Of a DNA stretch of 61,840 bases, positions 55,350-61,840 are shown piece by piece. Source of the stretch: an uncultured Myxococcales bacterium (GTDB lineage Bacteria > Myxococcota_A > Polyangia > Palsa-1104 > JAEUJZ01); the NCBI GenBank assembly GCA_937868485.1, contig CALMML010000441.1:1-61840 (forward strand), in the 5' to 3' direction. Positions within the stretch are counted from its first letter, which is position 1; each line of letters begins with the position of its first letter. A program made the position numbers and the translations under genes. Under the pieces are notes generated by a model. The model worked only from the letters and a program-made list of their open reading frames with translations, did no database searches and was not told the origin of the DNA.

Positions 55350-57176
55350 ATGATGAATTTTCTAGCCTCTTACTCACGGACTCACTACGCGGGCGAGCTG
55401 CGCAAAAGCCACGTCGGACAGCAAGTCGTTCTCCTCGGCTGGGTGCAAGGACGCCGCGACTTGGGAGGCCGCATCTTCATCGATCTGCGGGATCGCTCGG
55501 GCCTCAGCCAGCTGGTGTTTGGACCGGATCTTGGCACCGAAGCACACACCGAAGCGGACGCGCTGCGCAGCGAGTTTTGCATCGGCATCGTCGGCACCGT
55601 GAAGCTGCGAACCGACTCGGGAGGCCAGGCCAACCCAAACCTTCCGTCGGGTGAAATCGAAGTGGAGTGCAGCGTGCTCCACATCTTTTCCAAAGCAGAC
55701 ACGCCGCCGTTTCAGATCGAAGACGATGTCGAGACGCGCGAAGAAGTGCGGCTCAAGTATCGCTATCTGGATCTGCGCAGGCCAAAGCTTCAGAAAAATT
55801 TCCAGCTGCGCAGCACGCTGTATCGAGCGACGCGCGACTACTTTCACAGTAACGGCTTTTGGGAGTTCGAGACGCCGTTCATGGTGAAGTACACGCCGGG
55901 CGGAGCGCGCAACTTCCTGGTTCCCTCGCGGCTCAATGCGGGCAAGTTCTATGCGCTCGCGGAGTCGCCGCAGATCTTCAAGCAGCTGTTCATGGTCGCG
56001 GGCATGGATCGCTACTTTCAGATCGTGCGCTGCTTCCGCGACGAAGATCTTCGTCAAGATCGGCAGCCGGAGTTTACGCAGATCGACGTCGAGATGTCGT
56101 TTGTGACGGAAGAAGGCATCCAGACGATGATGGAAGGTCTGGTTGCGCAGATCTGGAAGGACACGATCGGCTACGACGTGCCGCGACCGTTCCAGCGCAT
56201 GCCGTACAAGGAAGCGATGGGCTCGTACGGCGAAGACAAGCCGGATCTGCGCAATCCGCTCAAGCTGCACGACATCACGCAGCTTGTGAAAGCGCACGAC
56301 GGTGGCGGAGTGCCTCTGTTCAAGAGCACGGTCGATTCCGGTGGCATTGTGAAGCTGCTGCGAATTCCGGGCGAAGCGGCGCAGAAGCTGTCAGGAACCG
56401 AGACGCGCAAGCTGGAAGACTCGGTGAAGGGACTCGGAGCCAAGGGTCTGGGAACCGCGCGCCTCGAACCAACCGCAGCGACGGGAGTTTCTGCCGCCTG
56501 GACGCAGAGTCCGTTTGCCAAGACGCTCTCTTCGACGCTGCGAGAAGCCATCGCGCTCGAAATCGGCGCGACGCCGGGCGATCTGCTGCTGTTCCAGTTC
56601 GGGAGTCCGAAGCTGTGTAACACCGTGCTCGCGTCGCTGCGTCAGCAGATGGGCAAGCGCCTGGAGCTGATCTCGCCGGGCTGGCGCTTTCTGTGGGTCA
56701 CCGACTTTCCGATGTTCGAGCTGGCGGAAGGTGACAAGTGGGTCGCAGCGCACCATCCGTTTACGTCGCCCAAGCCCGAGCATGTCGAGCTGCTCGGCAA
56801 GGACAACGGAGCCGTGCTCGCGCGCGCCTACGACCTGGTGCTAAACGGCAACGAGATCGCGGGCGGATCGATCCGAATCCATCAGCGCGACGTGCAAGCG
56901 AAGGTGTTTGCGGCGCTCGGACTGACGGACGAAGACTTCCGCGCCAAGTTCGGATTCCTTCTCGATGCGTTCAAGTACGGACCGCCGCCGCACGGAGGCA
57001 TTGCCTTTGGTGTCGATCGCTTGGCGATGCTGCTCACCGGAGCGGAGTCTCTGCGTGATGTCATCGCGTTCCCCAAGACGCAGCACGGAACCGATCTGAT
57101 GAGCGACTGTCCGACGGAAGTATCGAACAAGCAGCTTGAAGATCTGTTCATTCGCCTCGCGCCGCGCGTGTCCTAA
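55350..57176 (+). CDS. aspS: Aspartate-tRNA ligase
   Basis: [80 protein letters not shown]. Confidence 0.98.
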   Translation: MMNFLASYSRTHYAGELRKSHVGQQVVLLGWVQGRRDLGGRIFIDLRDRSGLSQLVFGPDLGTEAHTEADALRSEFCIGIVGTVKLRTDSGGQANPNLPSGEIEVECSVLHIFSKADTPPFQIEDDVETREEVRLKYRYLDLRRPKLQKNFQLRSTLYRATRDYFHSNGFWEFETPFMVKYTPGGARNFLVPSRLNAGKFYALAESPQIFKQLFMVAGMDRYFQIVRCFRDEDLRQDRQPEFTQIDVEMSFVTEEGIQTMMEGLVAQIWKDTIGYDVPRPFQRMPYKEAMGSYGEDKPDLRNPLKLHDITQLVKAHDGGGVPLFKSTVDSGGIVKLLRIPGEAAQKLSGTETRKLEDSVKGLGAKGLGTARLEPTAATGVSAAWTQSPFAKTLSSTLREAIALEIGATPGDLLLFQFGSPKLCNTVLASLRQQMGKRLELISPGWRFLWVTDFPMFELAEGDKWVAAHHPFTSPKPEHVELLGKDNGAVLARAYDLVLNGNEIAGGSIRIHQRDVQAKVFAALGLTDEDFRAKFGFLLDAFKYGPPPHGGIAFGVDRLAMLLTGAESLRDVIAFPKTQHGTDLMSDCPTEVSNKQLEDLFIRLAPRVS

Positions 57177-57251
57177 CCGAAGGCCGGGATGCTCTGTCTC
57201 GGCCCGCGCGATCGTCCCTTCTTCTTTCCTTCACGCCCAAGGAATCTGATC

Positions 57252-57641
57252 ATGACCACCGAACAACCGACGCAAGACAACAAGCTGATCTGGGCTGGAC
57301 GAATTCTGTCCGCGCTTCCGGTGCTCGCACTGCTGGGAAGTGGTGTGATGAAGATCTCGCAGAGCCCGCAAGTGCTCGAAGGATTCGCCAAGTTCGGATA
57401 TCAGCCCAGTCAGATTGCGCCGATCGGAGTGCTCGAGATCCTCTGTACGATCGTCTATCTGATTCCGCAGACCTCGGTGCTGGGCGCGATTCTTTTGACC
57501 GGATATCTTGGCGGAGCGACGGCAACTCACGTTCGCATCAGCGACGCATTCCTCGCGCCAGTCCTCATCGGCATGATGGTCTGGGGCGGCCTGTTCCTTC
57601 GCGATCCGCGCATCCGCGCGCTGATTCCGCTGCGTCGCTAA
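57252..57641 (+). CDS. DoxX-family membrane protein
   Basis: SGVMKI, GY.......IGVLEILC..VYLIPQTSVLGAILLTGYLGGATATHVR. Confidence 0.9.
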   Translation: MTTEQPTQDNKLIWAGRILSALPVLALLGSGVMKISQSPQVLEGFAKFGYQPSQIAPIGVLEILCTIVYLIPQTSVLGAILLTGYLGGATATHVRISDAFLAPVLIGMMVWGGLFLRDPRIRALIPLRR

Positions 57642-57719
57642 GCGACTCCCTTCCGACTCCCTTCCGACTCCCTTTCGATTCCCTTTCGATTCCCTTCCGA
57701 CTCCCTTTCGCGTCGCTAA
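57632..57719. repeat. 6 x 11-bp tandem array (CGAYTCCCTTY) flanked by a 10-bp direct repeat GCGTCGCTAA
   Basis: Units start at 57643, 57654, 57665, 57676, 57687 and 57698; direct repeats at 57632-57641 and 57710-57719. Confidence 0.92.
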
Positions 57720-59278
57720 AACGAGTTCTTCTTGCATTCCCAGTGCAGCCCGGACGGAACCACCAGCTTGTCTTCAGAGTCCGAAGGCTTCTGCGCCAGC
57801 GAGTCCACCACCGTGCTCCCCGGAAGGAGTCCGCCCGGAACCAGCGCATCTTTGTCCGCCGACATCGGATCGCTCAGCTTGGTCTTTTCCACCACGCCTT
57901 TGACAAACCAGCACATCCGCGCAAGCTCTGTGTCGGACAGCGTCTCTCCAGCGAGCACTTTCTGAGTCACATCCGGCAGTCCGTTAAACTCTTTGTCGCG
58001 CTGTCCGGTCACTTCGTACGGACCCATAAACACACGCTGCCGAGGCCCCGGATTCGTCGCGCGCGCCAGCTCCTGAATCAGTGCGCGCGTTGCCAGCTCA
58101 TCGCCTGGACCTTTGGGATTGATCGAGACTCCGACCGACGTATTGTCGGTGCCATCAATGTCCAGCTCGATCGTCGGAGTGGCGTACACACCACGATGAA
58201 TCTGATCAAAGATGCGCGTATAAATCGGCATCCAGTTTTCGTAGATCGATCCGATGCACGTTGGAAAATACGATCCTGCGCTGTCTTTGCAGCCAGACTT
58301 TACGTCGTTTGCAAACGTCCAGACTTTCGGATTCCTCGTCGGATTCTGCATCATCAGCTGATCGATGAGCTTTACCGAGCGCTGCGTGTTTCCGATGTGC
58401 GCAATCACCTCCACACCGGATTCCCACATCAGCCGCGTCAGGTATTCCTCTCGGTAATACTTGACCCCTGATCCGACGGGATATTCATACGTTGGGCTCG
58501 TGTTTACATCGAACCAAAAGCCGATGTGACGGACTTCCACTTTGATCGCAGGATTCACAGACTGCGCACCCAGCGTAAACGCATTCACATCGCGCACGCA
58601 GTCTGGATTGATGAACGCGCTGATGACTCCGAGGCGCGATCTTCCCGTCGCTGCAACCTTTCCTGCGATGTACCAAGCCTGCTCTCTGTGAACCCAGTAC
58701 GTAGAAAAATTCGGCGTCGATCCGTCATACGTATAGCGAACACCATCGTTTACAACCAGGAACCGTTTGTCAGGAAAAGCCTTCGCTGCGTTCACAAAGT
58801 CATCGCCATAATCCACCGTGTTTCCGACGATGACTTGATTCCGACTGGCCAGATCTTTGACTTCCTTCGCAACGCTTCCGGGCGTCAGTCCAAACAGCTT
58901 TTCCAAGCGCAGATAGCCGAGCAGATCACTGGTTGCTTGCAGCGCGTCATTGTGTGCAACCGTCCAGCCTTCCAGCTCTCCTGGGAATCCGGTCATGGCC
59001 ACACCGACGTTCATCGCGAGCTGACACTGCTGCTTGATGCACAGCGAGGGACTTGGACACTCCTCGTTGGCTGCGCAGCGGATGGAACAGACTCCGTTTT
59101 TGTCTTCGGGCTCGATGCTGCTCAGCAGACACTTGGCAGCCTGACAATCGGAGTCCGCGATGCAGCTCTCTCCGATTCCTTTCTTGACGCTGGTATCCAC
59201 AGCCAAGGAACACGCAGCGTGAAAGAGCACACAGCCTGTCAGCAGCAAAGTTCTCGTGTTGATTCGGCGGGAGGACAT
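57716..59278 (-). CDS. BMP/PnrA-family substrate-binding lipoprotein with an N-terminal Cys-rich module
   Basis: Lipobox HAAC; 8-Cys module; GWTVAHNDA, A.AFPD..F, YIAGKVAA, FINP.C.RDVNAFTLGAQSVNPAIKV.V...G.WFD; SD AGGAGAGG. Confidence 0.85.
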   Translation of the reverse strand: MSSRRINTRTLLLTGCVLFHAACSLAVDTSVKKGIGESCIADSDCQAAKCLLSSIEPEDKNGVCSIRCAANEECPSPSLCIKQQCQLAMNVGVAMTGFPGELEGWTVAHNDALQATSDLLGYLRLEKLFGLTPGSVAKEVKDLASRNQVIVGNTVDYGDDFVNAAKAFPDKRFLVVNDGVRYTYDGSTPNFSTYWVHREQAWYIAGKVAATGRSRLGVISAFINPDCVRDVNAFTLGAQSVNPAIKVEVRHIGFWFDVNTSPTYEYPVGSGVKYYREEYLTRLMWESGVEVIAHIGNTQRSVKLIDQLMMQNPTRNPKVWTFANDVKSGCKDSAGSYFPTCIGSIYENWMPIYTRIFDQIHRGVYATPTIELDIDGTDNTSVGVSINPKGPGDELATRALIQELARATNPGPRQRVFMGPYEVTGQRDKEFNGLPDVTQKVLAGETLSDTELARMCWFVKGVVEKTKLSDPMSADKDALVPGGLLPGSTVVDSLAQKPSDSEDKLVVPSGLHWECKKNSF

Positions 59279-59301
59279 GGTTCCTCTCCTTTTGCGAGAC
59301 G

Positions 59302-60435
59302 TTAAGGAGTCGGGTTCGGAATCGGATTGGGAGCCGCACTGGGAGCCTGCATCGCCCCCGGAGTCAACACCGGAGTCGGATTGGGAGTCAGGCTAGGAAT
59401 CGCCGAAGGAGCCGTTGAACTCGTCGCTGGCAGCGTCGGAATGCTGTCGATCGACTGCTCTGTCTGCGCGGGCTTTTTCACCAGCGATACAATCGTGGTC
59501 ACAGCGATCGTCGCCACACCCAGCGGAATCAAGACATCGGTTGCATAGCCCAGTCCGCGCGTTCGACGCTGAAGCGCAGGAAGACTGCTTGCATCAAGCG
59601 ACCCCGAATACGTGGTGGACTGCAGCGTATTTGACGAAACCAGCGCACCAATTCCTGTCCCAATTCCGCCAAGGATAAGCACGCCACCAACTGCAAGTCC
59701 GCCATAAAAGAGGGGTCCGAGTCGCGAAGCAGACTTGCCACTTCCTGATCTCGCTTGCTGCACAGACAGCGGCACAAGGACCGGCGCAGCGAGCCCAGCG
59801 CCCTTGCTGCCATCCGTCGCAGAACTGCCTGCTGCACCATGTTGCGAACCATTCGCAAGATCGACAGGGGCCCCTTGTTGCGGACCCGTTCCCGTCGGAG
59901 GCAGGTTTCCTGGCCCACTCCCTTTGTCCGCTGCATCTCGGTGATCCGGTTCCTTTGCAGGTTCCTTTGCGGGTTCCTTTCCTGCATCCGGTTCTTTGGG
60001 AGCCTGCACAGGACGACTCGCCAAGTCTGTCTGTGCATCGTGAAGGAACTGCTCTGCCTTCTGCCGCAGATCTGCGCGAATTTCCTTTTCAGCCAAGAAG
60101 CGCTGGTAGTTGTGAATCGCTTCCTGCGTCCGTCCCAGCTTGTGCTGCGACCGCCCAATGTTGATGAGCAGCCACGAGACTGGCTTGCGACGGAATGCCG
60201 ATTCATACGCATCCAGAGCGCCTTCGTAGTCGTCCTTCTTGGATAGCTTGCGCGCTCGGTTGTAGTGCGCGCGACAGATGGCATCGGACATACAGGGATC
60301 GCTGGCCCCGGCGTCCTCTTTGTCCGTGGATTCAGCGCTCGCAGAGGAACCCATCAGCAGGGTCAGCAGCGCCGCCCCAGCCAAGACGCTATTCCTCGAT
60401 CTCGAACTGGGGCTTTTTCTTCTTTTTGTTCGCAT
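59302..60435 (-). CDS. Exported TPR protein with a Pro-rich linker and C-terminal membrane segments
   Basis: Signal-like VLAGAALLTLLMGSSASA, TPRs (YEGALDAYESAF, LLINIGRSQHKLGRTQEAIHNYQRFL), hydrophobic C-terminal region, PNPTP tail; overlaps the kinase 3' end by 47 bp. Confidence 0.82.
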   Translation of the reverse strand: MRTKRRKSPSSRSRNSVLAGAALLTLLMGSSASAESTDKEDAGASDPCMSDAICRAHYNRARKLSKKDDYEGALDAYESAFRRKPVSWLLINIGRSQHKLGRTQEAIHNYQRFLAEKEIRADLRQKAEQFLHDAQTDLASRPVQAPKEPDAGKEPAKEPAKEPDHRDAADKGSGPGNLPPTGTGPQQGAPVDLANGSQHGAAGSSATDGSKGAGLAAPVLVPLSVQQARSGSGKSASRLGPLFYGGLAVGGVLILGGIGTGIGALVSSNTLQSTTYSGSLDASSLPALQRRTRGLGYATDVLIPLGVATIAVTTIVSLVKKPAQTEQSIDSIPTLPATSSTAPSAIPSLTPNPTPVLTPGAMQAPSAAPNPIPNPTP

Positions 60436-61840
60436 CGCCTTTGAATGCCTTTGGCTGCCCCTTTCCCGTCGGGACCACAGCAGCAGCAGCGCCAGCTTCC
60501 GGTAGCACATCGAGCGTCACCGTCTGCTGCTCATCACGACTCCTATCGAGCACCACCAGCTTGTTTACATAGCCCGGCGCAACGATTCGCAGCTCCTCTG
60601 TCCCCGTAGTCAGTGGCTGTTCGCCCTGCCACGGAGTCCGTCCCAGAATCGCACCGTCGGACACCCGCAGGATCTCTGCATGTACCGGAGTCGTCAGGAT
60701 CTGCCAGTGAACCCGACGCGGCGGCTCGACTTTCTGCGGAATCACCGGCATCACCTCCGGCGGCATCGCAGGCATCACCGTCGGTTTCTGACGACCGAGC
60801 ATCAGCCATCCGACGACGCCCAACCCCAGCACCAGCGGCAGCATCGCCAGCGCCCGATAGCGCTTCTTGGTGATAATCCGCGACGATGGCGAGCTGTTCT
60901 CACTCGCAGCCAGGTTCATCGTCGATCGATAGCCCACCGACGCAGAGTCCTCGCTACCAATCACCCGCAGCGGCGCCGTGCTGCCCGGCGTCTGCGGCGT
61001 CACCGGTGTCGCCAGCGGCGCAAACTGAAGATCCATCGGCAGCAGCGGTCTTACCGTCGCCGAGTCAATCGTCGCCGCTTCGTGCTCATCATCGTCGGAC
61101 TCACCGGGATCGGGCGCCATCTGCGGCAGCGACGGCTGAACAAAGCTCGCCAGCGCGGACTGCAGCGCACCGATGCCCTGATCGACCTCACTCATCGACG
61201 GACGCTGCGCCGGATCTTTGCTCATCATCACTTGGATGAGATCGACCACCGACGCGGGCAGATACGAAGCCAGCGACGAAAGCGGCGTCGGCTGCTGAAA
61301 CTGATGCATCCCCAGCAGCTCGCCACCGCCCGTCGCCACAAACGGCAGTCGCCCCGCCAGCAGTCGATACAGAATCACCCCAAGCGAGTAGACATCGGCG
61401 CGATCGCTCACCTCGACGCCGCCCTTGCACTGCTCCGGCGACATGTACGCCGGCGTCCCGAGCAGCGAGTCCCCCTTCGTCAGCCCCTTGCGCAGGTTCG
61501 GATCACGCAGCTTCGCAATGCCAAAGTCGAGCAGCTTCGCTCGCTCTCCCCCCGCCACCGCCGGGTCCGCCACCAACATGATGTTGTCTGGTTTGAGGTC
61601 ACGGTGGACGATGTTTTTTGCGTGGGCGGCGGAGAGCGCGTTGGCCACCTGTCGCACGATCGCCAGCGTCTGCAGCAGCGGAATTCGACCGCCTAGCTTA
61701 CGCATTCGCGCGCCGACCGTCTCTCCGTCGAGCAGCTCCATCACGATGTACGCAGTTCCGTCCGTGAGACGACCACAGTCGAAGATCTGCACAATGCTCG
61801 GATGCCCAATCCGATTCGCCGCCTTCGCTTCGTTGAAGAA
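60389..61840 (-). CDS. Membrane Ser/Thr kinase with a C-terminal PEGA-like domain (5' end outside the window)
   Basis: Frame open to the window edge (FFNEAKAANRIGHPSIVQIFDCG); HRDLKPDN, DFGIAK, GTPAYMSPEQ; TM helix; ILTTPVHAEI...GRTP PEGA-like region. Confidence 0.93.
   Translation of the reverse strand, partial: FFNEAKAANRIGHPSIVQIFDCGRLTDGTAYIVMELLDGETVGARMRKLGGRIPLLQTLAIVRQVANALSAAHAKNIVHRDLKPDNIMLVADPAVAGGERAKLLDFGIAKLRDPNLRKGLTKGDSLLGTPAYMSPEQCKGGVEVSDRADVYSLGVILYRLLAGRLPFVATGGGELLGMHQFQQPTPLSSLASYLPASVVDLIQVMMSKDPAQRPSMSEVDQGIGALQSALASFVQPSLPQMAPDPGESDDDEHEAATIDSATVRPLLPMDLQFAPLATPVTPQTPGSTAPLRVIGSEDSASVGYRSTMNLAASENSSPSSRIITKKRYRALAMLPLVLGLGVVGWLMLGRQKPTVMPAMPPEVMPVIPQKVEPPRRVHWQILTTPVHAEILRVSDGAILGRTPWQGEQPLTTGTEELRIVAPGYVNKLVVLDRSRDEQQTVTLDVLPEAGAAAAVVPTGKGQPKAFKGDANKKKKKPQFEIEE

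Noticed and set aside
55341-55352. Perfect eukaryotic Kozak sequence GCCGCCACCATG at the aspS start
   Set aside because: Chance match in GC-rich DNA; the gene and its context are plainly bacterial.
57643-57708. Tandem array as CRISPR
   Set aside because: 11-bp units are contiguous with no spacers, and there are no cas genes.
59302-59400. GGAGTCGG/GGATTGGG near-repeats
   Set aside because: They encode the Pro-Asn/Pro-Thr tail of the TPR protein; ordinary low complexity.

Overview
A GC-rich (roughly 60-68% in most CDS) bacterial chromosomal segment. The giant TPR proteins, Hanks kinases, Cys-rich lipoproteins and split atp operon point to Myxococcota (inference). Housekeeping genes: tRNA-Val(CAC), mltG, ruvX, greA, metK, fbaB, atpZ/I/B/E, acpS, nnr, citrate synthase, panC, tlyA, aspS. 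Myxobacteria-type accessory genes: two giant TPR solenoid genes (about 3830 and 2740 aa), an FHA-kinase-pseudokinase, a kinase-TPR-BMP lipoprotein cassette, two GT-C glycosyltransferases and a beta-propeller/cytochrome c lipoprotein. No CRISPR, integrase, transposase or prophage genes were seen. Most notable unexplained signals: (1) a structured 640-bp non-coding region (13150-13790) with DnaA-box-like 9-mers, a 10-bp-periodic MraZ-type repeat, a FadR-type palindrome and a hairpin; (2) a 47-aa DltX-like microprotein ending FIYVDF that is missing from the ORF track; (3) an ACT protein with encapsulation-peptide-like helices coupled to a PFL-family gene; (4) a TetR-controlled Coq4-motif protein with a perfect 24-bp operator; (5) a histone-H1-like protein with a duplicated GYLYFL domain; (6) a 6x11-bp array flanked by a 10-bp duplication at the edge of a lower-GC cassette. 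All family assignments come from motif recognition by eye; no database searches were run.
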